A program made the translations under genes and the position numbers. The notes under the pieces were generated by a model. It saw only the letters and a list, made by a program, of their open reading frames with translations. It ran no database searches and was not told the DNA's origin. This document shows positions 38,152 to 48,666 of a stretch of DNA of 64,000 nucleotides, in pieces (position 1 is the stretch's first letter; every line of letters begins with the position of its first letter). Source of the stretch: Candidatus Micrarchaeota archaeon CG10_big_fil_rev_8_21_14_0_10_45_29 (GTDB lineage: Archaea; Micrarchaeota; Micrarchaeia; Anstonellales; Anstonellaceae); assembly GCA_002778455.1 (NCBI GenBank), contig PFCD01000002.1, positions 19,203 through 83,202 on the forward strand. The letters run 5' to 3'.

Positions 38152-41127
38152 ATGGTTAGGCGTATAGAGGCAGCTCTCAAGCCCGACTTTGCGGACCCGA
38201 AGGCGGATGCCATCCTGCAAAGAATAAGGGATGATTTTGGCGCAACTTCTTTGCATCTTATCCGCCGCGCAAACGTATGCTCATTTGAAAAAGAATTAAG
38301 CGAAGCCGATGCAACAGTTGTTGCTGGGCAAATCTTATGCGACCCGGTAAACCAGCAATATTGCCTTGACAGGCCTATTGATACTTTTTTCAATTATGCA
38401 ATAGAGATAGGCTTTCGCCCCGGAGTAAAAGACAATGTCGCAGACACGATTCGCATCGCATGCGAAGATGCGCTTAACAAAAAAATAGAGGGGGGAATTT
38501 ACACTTCCACATTATATTTATTTTATGGGGAATTTCCAAAAAGGCGCGCAAAAGAGATATGCGAGAAGCTTCTTTGCAACCCCTTAATAGAGCGCTACAG
38601 CGAATTCACGCCATTAAACGCGCGAAAATATTATCTCAAAGCCAGCCTTCCAAAAGCAGGCGAGCAAGCCATGGGGAAAACATTGGCAATAAAGCTTCCT
38701 GCAGGAAAAAAAGCACTCGAGAGGCTATCAAAAAAGCGCCTGCTTGCGCTCACCGCCGAGGAAATGCTTGAAATAAAAAAGCATTATGCAAAGCCCTCAA
38801 CAAAAAAAACAAGAAAAAAGCTGGGGCTCCCCCCCGCACCAACCGACGTGGAAATTGAATGCATTGCCCAAACCTGGTCAGAGCATTGCAAGCACAAAAT
38901 ATTCAACGCGCAAATAGATTACATTGACAAGACGCAAAAGCCCCATAAGCGCCAGAGAATAAATTCGCTTTTCAAAACATATATTGCAGGAACCACACAA
39001 AGAATAGAGGTGGCGCAGCCTTACCTTCTCTCCGTCTTTGAAGACAATGCAGGCATAATCGCGATTGATGATGAATGGGCGCTTGCCCTAAAGGCAGAGA
39101 CTCACAACACCCCATCCGCCCTTGACCCTTACGGAGGCGCACTCACAGGAATTTTAGGGGTGAATAGGGATGTGCTTGGCAGCGGGCTTGGCGCAAAACC
39201 CATATTCAACACAGATGTTTTCTGCTTTGCCCATCCAAATTATGATAAAAAGCTCCCTCCGCGCATTTTGCATCCAAAAAGAGTTTTTGAGGGCGTGCGC
39301 GCAGGAGTTGAGAGGGGGGGAAATGCATCAGGCATTCCGACCGTTAACGGCTCAATAGTATTTCATGACTCTTATTTGGGAAAGCCTCTTGTATACTGCG
39401 GCACAGGGGGGATAATGCCACGCAGGCTTGCAGACGGGCGCGAAACCCACATAAAAAGAGTGCAGGCAGGCGCGCGCATTTTCATGGTGGGGGGCAAAAT
39501 AGGAAAAGACGGAATCCACGGCGCAACATTCTCCTCAATAGAATTAAACGAAGCCTCTCCGACATCTGCCGTGCAATTGGGAGACCCGTTTACGCAAAAA
39601 ATAATGCTTGACTTTCTGCTTGAATCCCGCGACAAGGGGCTTCATAGCGCCCTCACAGACAACGGCGCGGGCGGGCTTTCCTCATCTGTTGGGGAAATGT
39701 CGCAAATGAGCGGGGGGGCGCAAATTCATCTTGAAAAATGCCCTCTAAAATACCCGGGCTTAAATCCGTGGGAAATTTTTGTCTCAGAATCACAGGAGCG
39801 AATGACTGTTGCCGTGCCTCCTCAAAATTGCGAGGAATTTATCTCTTTGGCAAAAAAATTCGGCGCAGAAGCAACAGACATCGGAGAATTTACCTCAACA
39901 GGAAATTTAGTTGCAAATTACCATGGCAAAACCGTCCTTTGCCTTCCTTTGGAATTTTTGCACGGCGGCCTGCCAAAAATGAAATTAACCGCCATATTGC
40001 AAAACAAAAAAATTCATAGCGAAACTTTTCCTATTCCAAATAACCTTACCTCCCAGCTTCTCTCTCTTTTGCAAATGCCTGATATTTGCTCAAAAGAATC
40101 CATTGTGCGCCAATACGACCACGAGGTGCAGGGAATGGGCGTAATAAAGCCGTTGTGCGGAGTAAACGGCGCCGGCCCGTCGGATGCCGCAGTGTTGCAG
40201 CCCTTTTATGGCAGGCGCACAGGCATTGTAATATCGCACGGAATCTGCCCCCGCTTCTCGCAATATGATGCTTATGACATGGCACAGCTGGCAGTTGATG
40301 AGGCGGTGCGAAATTATATCGCAACAGGGGGGGACCCGCGCCACTGGGCGGCGCTTGATAATTTCTGCTGGCCCGACCCTGTGCAAAGCAAAAAAAACAA
40401 AGACGGCGCGCACAAGCTTGCCCAGCTTGTGAGGGCAAACCAGGGAATGGCGGACGCATGCCTTCATTACAACCTTCCCCTAGTATCAGGCAAGGATTCG
40501 ATGAAAAATGATTACTCATTCGGCAAAATAAAAATTTCCGTGCTTCCCACCCTTCTTATCAGCATGTGCGGCGTAATGCTGGATGCAAGGCGCGCGGTTT
40601 CAACAGATTTCAAAAAATCCGGCGACATAATTTATGCGCTTGGAAAAACCAGAAATGAAATGCGCGGAAGCCAATACTGCCAAATGCATGAAAAAGAGGG
40701 AAAAGAGCATCCAAAGGTGAATTTGCACGAGAATTATATTCTTTACAAAAATTTGCACCATGCAATGCAAAAAGGGCTCATAAGCGCGGCGCACGATGTC
40801 TCTGACGGCGGAATAGCAGTAACCCTTGCCGAAATGGCAATTGGCGGGCAGCTGGGAATGCATGTAAAATGCGCCTCTATCCCGCATGAGGGAGGAATGC
40901 GCGATGATGAAATTCTTTTTAGCGAAACTGCCGGGCGCTTTATAGTAACTATAAAAGCGCAAGATGCAGGTGAATTTGAGAAAATAATGCAGGATTGCGA
41001 ATTTGCAAAAATAGGAAACGTGATATCCGGCACCCAGTTTGTGGTAGGGGGGGCAAATCCCTCCTCGCACATAACAACAAGCGTAAAAGAGCTGGAGAGC
41101 GCTTTCAAAAAAACAATAACATGGTAG
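38152..41127 (+). CDS. purL: FGAM synthase II with two fused N-terminal PurS-like repeats (PurS-PurS-PurL)
   Basis: Residues ~1-85 and ~86-170 each resemble PurS (...LKPDFADPKADAI... and ...FRPGVKDNVADTI...CEKLLCNPLIERY). The PurL core follows (WSEHCKHKIF, ETHNTPSALDPYGGA). 991 aa. Confidence 0.9.
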   Translation: MVRRIEAALKPDFADPKADAILQRIRDDFGATSLHLIRRANVCSFEKELSEADATVVAGQILCDPVNQQYCLDRPIDTFFNYAIEIGFRPGVKDNVADTIRIACEDALNKKIEGGIYTSTLYLFYGEFPKRRAKEICEKLLCNPLIERYSEFTPLNARKYYLKASLPKAGEQAMGKTLAIKLPAGKKALERLSKKRLLALTAEEMLEIKKHYAKPSTKKTRKKLGLPPAPTDVEIECIAQTWSEHCKHKIFNAQIDYIDKTQKPHKRQRINSLFKTYIAGTTQRIEVAQPYLLSVFEDNAGIIAIDDEWALALKAETHNTPSALDPYGGALTGILGVNRDVLGSGLGAKPIFNTDVFCFAHPNYDKKLPPRILHPKRVFEGVRAGVERGGNASGIPTVNGSIVFHDSYLGKPLVYCGTGGIMPRRLADGRETHIKRVQAGARIFMVGGKIGKDGIHGATFSSIELNEASPTSAVQLGDPFTQKIMLDFLLESRDKGLHSALTDNGAGGLSSSVGEMSQMSGGAQIHLEKCPLKYPGLNPWEIFVSESQERMTVAVPPQNCEEFISLAKKFGAEATDIGEFTSTGNLVANYHGKTVLCLPLEFLHGGLPKMKLTAILQNKKIHSETFPIPNNLTSQLLSLLQMPDICSKESIVRQYDHEVQGMGVIKPLCGVNGAGPSDAAVLQPFYGRRTGIVISHGICPRFSQYDAYDMAQLAVDEAVRNYIATGGDPRHWAALDNFCWPDPVQSKKNKDGAHKLAQLVRANQGMADACLHYNLPLVSGKDSMKNDYSFGKIKISVLPTLLISMCGVMLDARRAVSTDFKKSGDIIYALGKTRNEMRGSQYCQMHEKEGKEHPKVNLHENYILYKNLHHAMQKGLISAAHDVSDGGIAVTLAEMAIGGQLGMHVKCASIPHEGGMRDDEILFSETAGRFIVTIKAQDAGEFEKIMQDCEFAKIGNVISGTQFVVGGANPSSHITTSVKELESAFKKTITW

Positions 41128-41133
41128 GTTGAT

Positions 41134-42000
41134 ATGGCAATTGCAAGAGCGGCGGTATTGTGCGGATTCGGAATAAACTGCGAGGATGAGACAGCGCACG
41201 CCCTGCGCATTGCAGGCGCAAAAACAGAGCTTGTGCATTTTAATTCTTTGCAAAAATCCCCGCAAGAGCTTCAAACCTACCAGCTTCTGGCATTGCCGGG
41301 GGGCTTCTCTTTCGGAGATGATATACAGTCTGGGCGCGTGCTGGCAAATAAATTCAAATTCAAAATATTCTCATCTTTGAAAAAATTTGTTGATGAGGGA
41401 AAGCCGGTAATAGGAATCTGCAATGGCTTTCAGGCGCTGGTGCAGCTTGGCGCCCTTCCCGGATGGGACGGGTGGGAGGCGCGAAACCTTACATTAATGG
41501 CAAACAGAAACGGCAAATTCGAGGACAGGTGGGTGCGGCTTCGCACAGAGAGCTGCGCCTGCCCTTTTGCTCAGGGAATGGATGCGGTTTTCTCCCTTCC
41601 CATAAGGCATGGCGAGGGGCAAGTGGCGCTCTCTGACCTGCACACTCTTGAGAAGCTCTCCGATAATCGGCAGATAGTTTTCAGGTATGCCGGAAAAGAC
41701 GGAATGAAAGCAACTTCTTATCCCGACAACCCAAACGGCTCTGCAGATGCAATTGCAGGCTTATGCAACCAATACGGCAATGTGCTTGGAATGATGCCTC
41801 ACCCTGAATGCCATGTGCGTTATTTGCAAAACCCCTTATGGACCGCAAATCCGCCGCAAATAGGGGAAAGAAAAGAAGAGGACGCCCTCTCGGGCATTTT
41901 GAAAAAAATCGGGCTGCACGAGGGCGAAAAACTCCCGGGGGATTATGGAAACTGCATTCCCTTTTTTCAAGGCGTTGTAAATGCCGCAAAAAGGCATTAA
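41134..42000 (+). CDS. purQ: FGAM synthase I, glutamine amidotransferase subunit PurQ
   Basis: GGFSFGDD, ICNGFQ (nucleophile Cys) and MMPHPE motifs. Confidence 0.93.
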   Translation: MAIARAAVLCGFGINCEDETAHALRIAGAKTELVHFNSLQKSPQELQTYQLLALPGGFSFGDDIQSGRVLANKFKFKIFSSLKKFVDEGKPVIGICNGFQALVQLGALPGWDGWEARNLTLMANRNGKFEDRWVRLRTESCACPFAQGMDAVFSLPIRHGEGQVALSDLHTLEKLSDNRQIVFRYAGKDGMKATSYPDNPNGSADAIAGLCNQYGNVLGMMPHPECHVRYLQNPLWTANPPQIGERKEEDALSGILKKIGLHEGEKLPGDYGNCIPFFQGVVNAAKRH

Positions 42001-42073
42001 AAATAAATATCTCATCAAATTCAGCCAAAAAGGCATCAGTAACAAATATATTCAGGAAGGTGCATAAATTGTT

Positions 42074-43534
42074 ATGAAAGAAATTTCTGATTATACGCTA
42101 AGGGAGGAATGCGGGGTTGTTGCAGCCATTTCCCCTACAGGAAAAGACGTTTCCCAGGCGCTTTACCGCGCACTTATTGCATTGCAGCACCGCGGGCAGG
42201 ATAGCGCAGGAATGGCGGTCTTTAACAATAAAAAAATCACGCTTCACCGGGACCTTGGGCTGGTTGCGGATGTTTTCTCAAAAAAAGATTTGGAAAATTT
42301 GCAAGGCCCGCTGGGGGTTGCGCATGTGCGCTATCCCACAATAGGTGCCGGAGGGCCTCAGGACGCGCAGCCCTTTTTGCAAAAATCAAAAATAGGCGAC
42401 ATTGCCCTTGCCCACAACGGCAACATAGCAAATTACGGAAATGTTCGCGAGAGGCTTGAGAAATTAGGGCACAAATTTTCCTCCACCTGCGATGCCGACC
42501 TTATACTTGCGCAATTTGTGCAAGGGCTTGAGGAAAACCAGGATGTTTTCAACTCTATCTCCAAACTCATGGATTCCCTCGACGGCTCATATTCCGTGTG
42601 CGCAATAACCACAAACAATGACCTTATTGTTTTTCGCGACCCGAATGCAATACGCCCCTTATGCTGGGGAAAAAATGGCGACATGCTGATGTTTGCCTCG
42701 GAATCCGTAGCCCTTGACATTAACGGCATCTCTTTGGAAGGGGATATCGCCCCCGGCGAGGCGCTCATAGTCACCAGAATGGGAATTGCAAAAAAACAGG
42801 CGGTAAAAAAAATCTCAAAAAGGCATTGCGCTTTTGAATACGTGTATTTCTCACGCCCTGATTCTGTGCAGGAGGGGCGCACTATTTATGAGGTGCGCAT
42901 GATGATGGGAAAGCTTCTTGCAAAAGCATCTCCCGCAAAGGCGGATATCGTGGTGCCTGTGCCGGATACCTCCCGCCCCGCCGCACTCGGCTTTAGCGAG
43001 GAATCCGGAATAGAGCTTGTTGAAGGGCTTATGAAAAACCGCTACATCGGCAGGACATTCATAATGCCATCGCAAAAAGAGAGATTGGAGGCAGTGCGCC
43101 TGAAATTAAACCCTTTGCGCCATGCAATAAAAGGGAAAAAAATAGTGCTAATAGATGATTCCATAGTGCGCGGCACAACCGCCGGCCCCATCGTTTCCCT
43201 TCTAAAAAACGCGGGAGCCGAAGAGGTGCATTTGCGCGTTGCCTGCCCGCCCGTAATCTCCCCCTGTTTTTACGGGGTGGATTTGCCAACTTTTGATGAG
43301 CTTATCGCCTCAAAGCAAAGCGTGGAGCTTATACGGCAAAAATGCGGGGCAGACTCGCTTGCATACCTTTCAATAGAAGATTTGGTAAAGGCGATAGGCA
43401 TGGCAAAAAAGGATTTGTGCCTCGGCTGCCTTAACGGGCAATACCCAACCGCGTTTGGCGAGAAGCTTGCAACCCTTATGAAAACAAAGGGCAAAGCAGA
43501 TGATGTGCGAATTTGGGAAGAGAAAATCATCTAA
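42074..43534 (+). CDS. purF: Amidophosphoribosyltransferase PurF
   Basis: Propeptide then the ECGVVA N-terminal nucleophile, PRTase motif VLIDDSIVRGTT and C-terminal Cys cluster. Confidence 0.95.
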   Translation: MKEISDYTLREECGVVAAISPTGKDVSQALYRALIALQHRGQDSAGMAVFNNKKITLHRDLGLVADVFSKKDLENLQGPLGVAHVRYPTIGAGGPQDAQPFLQKSKIGDIALAHNGNIANYGNVRERLEKLGHKFSSTCDADLILAQFVQGLEENQDVFNSISKLMDSLDGSYSVCAITTNNDLIVFRDPNAIRPLCWGKNGDMLMFASESVALDINGISLEGDIAPGEALIVTRMGIAKKQAVKKISKRHCAFEYVYFSRPDSVQEGRTIYEVRMMMGKLLAKASPAKADIVVPVPDTSRPAALGFSEESGIELVEGLMKNRYIGRTFIMPSQKERLEAVRLKLNPLRHAIKGKKIVLIDDSIVRGTTAGPIVSLLKNAGAEEVHLRVACPPVISPCFYGVDLPTFDELIASKQSVELIRQKCGADSLAYLSIEDLVKAIGMAKKDLCLGCLNGQYPTAFGEKLATLMKTKGKADDVRIWEEKII

Positions 43535-43616
43535 ACCGGCTTTTTTATAAAAACGCACTTTCTTCAAAAAAGCAAGCAATAAAAAGCACAGCTCCCCACT
43601 CTTTTTCAGGTATTTT

Positions 43617-43931
43617 ATGCAAAAGAAAAAATCAAAGCCCCTTGCCCGCCTTGAGCAATCCATAACTCTCTCAAATTTATGGCTTTCAATACTCTCGCTT
43701 GCAAAACAAAAGCCCATTTATGCATATGCCCTCCCCTCCAAAATAAAAGAGAGTTTCGGATTCTCCCCAAGCCGGCTTCTCACCTACCTTGTGCTCTACC
43801 GCCTTGAAGGCGAGGGGCTTCTTACCTCAAAACAGGAAGGGCAGAGAAAATATTATTCTCTAACTTCTTCCGGGAAAGCCTCTCTTGAGAGTGCAAAAAA
43901 GCTTCTTTATAAAAGGGCAAAAGAGCTGTAA
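43617..43931 (+). CDS. PadR-family winged-helix transcriptional regulator
   Basis: YAYALPSKIKESFGFSPSRLLTYLVLYRLEGEGLL....G.RKYYSLT..G pattern. Confidence 0.75.
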   Translation: MQKKKSKPLARLEQSITLSNLWLSILSLAKQKPIYAYALPSKIKESFGFSPSRLLTYLVLYRLEGEGLLTSKQEGQRKYYSLTSSGKASLESAKKLLYKRAKEL

Positions 43932-43933
43932 AA

Positions 43934-44485
43934 ATGGATAATAAAGAAATAATCATTTTAACAGGCACCCCCGGCACCGGAAAAACCACTATCGCAAAAA
44001 TGTTTTGCAAAAAGCACAAATTCGCCTATTTTTCCCTCTCCTCTTTTGCAAAAAAATATAAATTATATTCAAAAAAAGACAAAGACGGCGCCCTCATAGT
44101 AAAATTATCCCAATTGCAAAAAAAAGCAAATGCATTTATTTCATCCTCTAAAAAATCCGCCATAATAGACGGGCATCTTGGCGCAGACATAAAATTAAAT
44201 GCAAACAAAATAATTATTTTGCGCCTTAACCCAAAAAATTTAAGCACACGCCTCTCAAAAAGAAAATATTCAAAAGAGAAACTCTCGCAAAACCTTCTTT
44301 GCGAGGCGCTTGACTACTGCACAATCTGCTCCGAAAAAAATTATTCCCCAAAAAAAATATTTGAAATAGATGCAACGGGCATGAAAAAAGAAAAGCTTCT
44401 AAAAAAAATCGAAAGCATCATATTTAGCAAAAAACCTGCCAAAAATAAAAAAATAGACTTTAGCTCATTTTTGCTAAGCGCCTAA
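43934..44485 (+). CDS. Adenylate kinase isoenzyme 6 / Fap7-like NTPase
   Basis: P-loop GTPGTGKTT at the N-terminus. ~180 aa. Starts 2 nt after the PadR stop. Confidence 0.7.
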   Translation: MDNKEIIILTGTPGTGKTTIAKMFCKKHKFAYFSLSSFAKKYKLYSKKDKDGALIVKLSQLQKKANAFISSSKKSAIIDGHLGADIKLNANKIIILRLNPKNLSTRLSKRKYSKEKLSQNLLCEALDYCTICSEKNYSPKKIFEIDATGMKKEKLLKKIESIIFSKKPAKNKKIDFSSFLLSA

Positions 44486-44535
44486 AGCCATTAAATAAAA
44501 TAATGGGGATTTTCCGCCCCGGCAAAAAGCTTCTC

Positions 44536-44922
44536 TTATTTTGCATCCTGATACGCATCATATGCCGCATAAATATTTGGCAAAAACCCTGCAGGCAGGC
44601 AAATGATTCCAAACCCTAAAGTAAATACCGCTCCAAACACCACAATGCTCCAGATAATCATGGATGCAATAAACATTACTATTCCTTTCATCCATTTTCC
44701 GTTATATGCCTGCCCAAGCCCGGGGATAAAAAAGCTTAAAACAGCCGCAAGAGCAGAATTTTTTGAGCCTTTTTTCCCTCCTGAATGCGATACTGTTCCC
44801 GAAGAGTGTCCCTGTGCCTTTGCAGCTGCGCTGCCATCAAACGGAAAACCGCATTTTGGGCATGCTTTCGCCCTTCTTGATATCCGAGCTCCGCATTCAG
44901 AGCAATATTTCATTGTTGCCAT
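44536..44922 (-). CDS. Zinc-ribbon plus TM2-domain membrane protein
   Basis: CSECG...CPKCG ribbon followed by a TM2-like segment (AAVLSFFIPGLGQAYNGKWMKG). Confidence 0.65.
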   Translation of the reverse strand: MATMKYCSECGARISRRAKACPKCGFPFDGSAAAKAQGHSSGTVSHSGGKKGSKNSALAAVLSFFIPGLGQAYNGKWMKGIVMFIASMIIWSIVVFGAVFTLGFGIICLPAGFLPNIYAAYDAYQDAK

Positions 44923-45021
44923 AACTAAGCTAAAGAGCAAAAAATTAAAAAACAAATTTTATTACGCCTTTGAATACTTATGCCCACTTAAGCTATTTAA
45001 AGCGGCTTTTGCAAAAGAGAA

Positions 45022-45303
45022 TTATCCTCTCCTCTTCTTATTTTTCCCGGGCAAAATAATTATGCACGCGTTTGCAAGCGCTATTAGCGCCGCCAGAGAA
45101 TTCAGCGCCATAAAAATAAAATCATTTATCAAATAAGCATGCGCAGCCAAAAAGGCAGAGCCAAATAAATAAAGCATCACAAACTTCAAATTCAAATTCT
45201 TTCCCTTCTCTTTATAATTTTGCAAAGTTTCCGGAATCCATGCAATCACAAGGAGCGCAAGCCCGGCAAAGCCCAGATATTGCAAAACCATATGCAAAAA
45301 CAA
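45022..45303 (-). CDS. Small 3-TM membrane protein, PQ-loop/SemiSWEET-like (tentative)
   Basis: 93 aa with three hydrophobic segments. A WIPE..Q.YK motif follows TM1 and resembles PQ-loop proteins. Confidence 0.35.
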   Translation of the reverse strand: MFLHMVLQYLGFAGLALLVIAWIPETLQNYKEKGKNLNLKFVMLYLFGSAFLAAHAYLINDFIFMALNSLAALIALANACIIILPGKNKKRRG

Positions 45304-45343
45304 CTCTTGCCGCGTTTAAAACGTTATTCTTTAAAAAAAGAAA

Positions 45344-45997
45344 TCATTTTTTGGACGCTTTTGCCTTCTCATAATCATCCAAAAACATCTTTATTCCCTT
45401 GTCTGTGAGCGGATGGGAGAAAAGCTGCGCGAATATTTTTGCAGGCACTGTTGCAATATGCGCCCCAACAAGCGCGGCATCATTTACATGCTGCGCCGAG
45501 CGCACAGAAGCCACAATAACTTCTGTCTCAAATCCGTAATTTGAATAAATTTGCACAATATCAGAGACCAGTTTCATCCCTGTGCCTGAAACATCATCAA
45601 GCCTTCCGATAAACGGCGAGACAAATGAAGCCCCTGCTTTGGCAGCAAGCAATGCCTGCGATGCGCTAAATACAAGCGTAACATTCGTCCTTATGCCCCC
45701 CTGCTCAAGCTCTTTTACTGCCTTCATTCCCTCCTCTGTCATGGGAATTTTGACAACAACATTTGGCGCCCATTTCGCGAATTTCTTTCCCTCACTTACC
45801 ATTCCCTTCGCATCCTGAGCTATCACTTCGGCGCTAACAGGCCCCTGCACAATAGAGCAAATCTCTTTTGTAACCTCTTCCTGATTTCTGCCGCTTTTCA
45901 TAATAAGCGTGGGATTTGTGGTAACCCCGTCAACAAGCCCGCAGGCGGCATATTTTTTTATCTCCTCAATTTGCGCAGTATCCAAAAACAATTTCAT
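45344..45997 (-). CDS. tal: Transaldolase / fructose-6-phosphate aldolase (TalC/Fsa type)
   Basis: [14 protein letters not shown] and Schiff-base Lys in VVKIPMT. 217 aa. Confidence 0.93.
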   Translation of the reverse strand: MKLFLDTAQIEEIKKYAACGLVDGVTTNPTLIMKSGRNQEEVTKEICSIVQGPVSAEVIAQDAKGMVSEGKKFAKWAPNVVVKIPMTEEGMKAVKELEQGGIRTNVTLVFSASQALLAAKAGASFVSPFIGRLDDVSGTGMKLVSDIVQIYSNYGFETEVIVASVRSAQHVNDAALVGAHIATVPAKIFAQLFSHPLTDKGIKMFLDDYEKAKASKK

Positions 45998-46009
45998 TTT
46001 AACAACCCC

Positions 46010-47005
46010 TTATTTTTTTGCAATTGCCTCTTTGCAGGCTTTTGCAATTCCTTTTGCGTCAAGCCCAAAATGTTTTATTAATTCCATTCCGTTTTTTGCG
46101 CTCTCTCCAAAGCCCCTCATTCCCACTCTCACAACAGGCACCGGCTTTTTTTCTGCCAACACTTCGCAGACCGCGCTTCCCATTCCTCCATCCACCTGAT
46201 GCTCCTCAGCAGTTACCATGCACCCGCATTTAGAAGCATACTCAACAATAGTTTTCTTATCAATAGGGCTTATTGTGTGGCAGTTTAGCACCGCCGCATC
46301 AATTCCCTCCTCAGCCAAATCTTTTGCCGCCTTTAGCGCCTCAAACACTTCCACTCCGCACGCAACTATGCAAACATCTGCCCCCTCTTTTAGCACATTT
46401 ATTTTCCCTATTTCAAAAGGCGTACTCTCCCCTGTAAATACCGGCAATTTCTCACGCCCTAAGCGAATATAAACAGGCCCGGCACGCGCCGCAGCCGCCT
46501 GCGCGCATTTGTAGCTTTCCCTCTCATCGCATGGCACAAGCACACACACATTGGGCAATACGCGCATTATTGCAATATCCTCTAATGCCTGATGAGTTGC
46601 CCCGTCGGGGCCAGTGGTAATGCCCGCATGCGCCCCTGAAAATTTTACATTTAAATTATTGTAAGCAATTCCCACCCTTATCTGGTCCCAATTTCGCCCC
46701 GGCGAGAATACCGCAAAAGATGAGAAAAAAACAATTTTTCCCTCTAACGCAAGCCCGCTTGCAACTGAAGCCATATTCTGCTCCGCAACTCCGCAATTGA
46801 AAAACCGCTGCGGAAATTCCTTTTCAAACCAATTTGTTCTCACAGAGCCTGATAAATCCGCGGTAAGCGCAACAATATTTTTGTTTTTTTTGCCTAAATC
46901 AAGAAGCGCTTTTCCCCATCCGTCGCGCGTAGGCGCTTTCTTTATTTGCAAAGAGAAAATATCTGTCTCAAGATTCATTTTCTCGTTTATTGTAAATTCT
47001 GCCAT
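46010..47005 (-). CDS. tkt: Transketolase, C-terminal (pyrimidine-binding) subunit
   Basis: GVAEQNM and the typical Pyr/C-terminal domain layout. ATG at 47005 (a GTG at 47014 is also possible). Confidence 0.92.
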   Translation of the reverse strand: MAEFTINEKMNLETDIFSLQIKKAPTRDGWGKALLDLGKKNKNIVALTADLSGSVRTNWFEKEFPQRFFNCGVAEQNMASVASGLALEGKIVFFSSFAVFSPGRNWDQIRVGIAYNNLNVKFSGAHAGITTGPDGATHQALEDIAIMRVLPNVCVLVPCDERESYKCAQAAAARAGPVYIRLGREKLPVFTGESTPFEIGKINVLKEGADVCIVACGVEVFEALKAAKDLAEEGIDAAVLNCHTISPIDKKTIVEYASKCGCMVTAEEHQVDGGMGSAVCEVLAEKKPVPVVRVGMRGFGESAKNGMELIKHFGLDAKGIAKACKEAIAKK

Positions 47006-47014
47006 GAATATCAC

Positions 47015-47863
47015 TTATTTTGCCCCAAGCTCTTCAAGCATTTTTTTTGCCTCTTCCCCTTTAGGCGCAATTCCGTGCCACTTATAATCCCCTTCAATGG
47101 ATTTTATTCCCTTCCCCGCAACCGTGTCCGCAATTATTACAGTTGGCGCGCACCTGCACCCATCCCTTGCTTTCTCTGCCGCCTTTTTCAAAACATTGTA
47201 AATTTTTTCCATGTCATTTCCATCAACTATTTCAACATTCCAGTTAAATGCCTTGTATTTTTCCGCCAGCGGGGTAAGGGGCATAACATCAACCGTCTTT
47301 CCGTCTATTTGAATATAATTTCTGTCAATTATTTGCACCAAATTCCCTAATTTATATTTGGCTGCAAGCATTGCCGCCTCCCACGTCTGCCCCTCCTGAT
47401 GCTCTCCGTCTGATGTTAAACAAAACACAACATGCTTTTTTTCATCTATTTTTGCCGCCAGCGCCATTCCGCATGCAGTGGAAAGCCCCTGCCCCAGCGG
47501 GCCTGATGAGGTTTCCACGCCCGGCACGCTTCCCAAATGTGGATGCCCTTGCAAAGGCGAGCCAAGCTCCCTTAAATGCATTAATTTCTCTTTCTCAAAG
47601 TATCCGCACTCTGCCAGAGCGGCATAAAGCACAGGGCAAATATGCCCATTTGAGAGCACTACCCGATCCCTCTCCCCCCATTTAGGATTTTTCGGCTCAT
47701 GCCTAAGCACGCCAAAATAAAGAGCCGCAAAAACGTCTGCCATTCCCAGCGAGCCTGCGGTATGCCCGCTTCCTGCTTTTTCCAGCATTCTGATTATGCT
47801 AATGCGCAATATGTTTGCCTTTTGCTTTAGTCCATCAACTGATGAGATATTTTCAAACGGCAT
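47015..47863 (-). CDS. tkt: Transketolase, N-terminal (TPP-binding) subunit
   Basis: SGHTAGSLG, LSNGH and SDGE..EG motifs. Confidence 0.92.
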   Translation of the reverse strand: MPFENISSVDGLKQKANILRISIIRMLEKAGSGHTAGSLGMADVFAALYFGVLRHEPKNPKWGERDRVVLSNGHICPVLYAALAECGYFEKEKLMHLRELGSPLQGHPHLGSVPGVETSSGPLGQGLSTACGMALAAKIDEKKHVVFCLTSDGEHQEGQTWEAAMLAAKYKLGNLVQIIDRNYIQIDGKTVDVMPLTPLAEKYKAFNWNVEIVDGNDMEKIYNVLKKAAEKARDGCRCAPTVIIADTVAGKGIKSIEGDYKWHGIAPKGEEAKKMLEELGAK

Positions 47864-47872
47864 ATTTTTCCC

Positions 47873-48529
47873 TTATTTTATATCGTTTGCAAGCTTTTTA
47901 AGCCCCTTATATGCCTCATCCGGGCCTTTTCTTGAGAAAATTGCGCTTGCGGCAACCAGCCTGTTTGCCCCCGCCCTTATTGCGCCGGGCGCAGTATTTG
48001 CGTCAATCCCCCCGTCAACCTCAATTATGGCATCAGGGTATTTTTCGCGCAGCTGCCTTATTTTTCCCTCTACTTCAAAAATATATTTTTGCCCCGATTT
48101 TCCGGGATGCACTCCCATAACAAGAATTTCCTGTGCATCCTGCATTATTTTCTCAAGCGCACCTGCAGGAGTAGGCGGGTTTAGCGCCCAGCAAAGAAGG
48201 CTTTTCTTGCGCCTCACAAGGGCGGCTATCTCTTTTGCCTGCGCCTCATTTATGCCCTCCGCATGCACCTGAAAAATGCTATTCTCCCCGCCGGGAAGCT
48301 TCTCTATCCATTTTTGAGGCTCTTTCACCATCAAATGATATTCAATTATTTTCTCGCGCGGCAATGCGCCAAGCCCCTCTATTCCCACAGTAGTGTTTTC
48401 AACGAATTTGCCGTCCATCAAATCCACCTGCAGTATGGGCGCAGAAGGCACGGCTGCGCATTTTTTTGCAACTTCTTCCGCCTCTTTGCAAAGTATCGCG
48501 GGCACTATCTCGATTATTTCATCATCCAC
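47873..48529 (-). CDS. rpe: Ribulose-phosphate 3-epimerase
   Basis: VDLMDGKFV, MGVHPG and EVDGG motifs. Confidence 0.9.
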   Translation of the reverse strand: MDDEIIEIVPAILCKEAEEVAKKCAAVPSAPILQVDLMDGKFVENTTVGIEGLGALPREKIIEYHLMVKEPQKWIEKLPGGENSIFQVHAEGINEAQAKEIAALVRRKKSLLCWALNPPTPAGALEKIMQDAQEILVMGVHPGKSGQKYIFEVEGKIRQLREKYPDAIIEVDGGIDANTAPGAIRAGANRLVAASAIFSRKGPDEAYKGLKKLANDIK

Positions 48530-48666
48530 AAAATTTCCCCTTAAAATTCAGGTGAAAAAATATGATTTCAAATACTAATAAACCTTTCATATGCATTAAA
48601 ATTTCTTTTTTGAAAAAATACAATTCCCTTATAAGATTTACTTCATAAATTAAAACGGGTTTTTTT

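Noticed and set aside
40600-41274. 224-aa ORF antisense to the purL end and purQ start
   Set aside because: Shadow ORF across two strongly supported purine genes.
46010-47863. Split transketolase as a disrupted gene
   Set aside because: Separate N- and C-terminal transketolase subunit genes are the normal archaeal arrangement. Both halves have their own start and stop and intact motifs.
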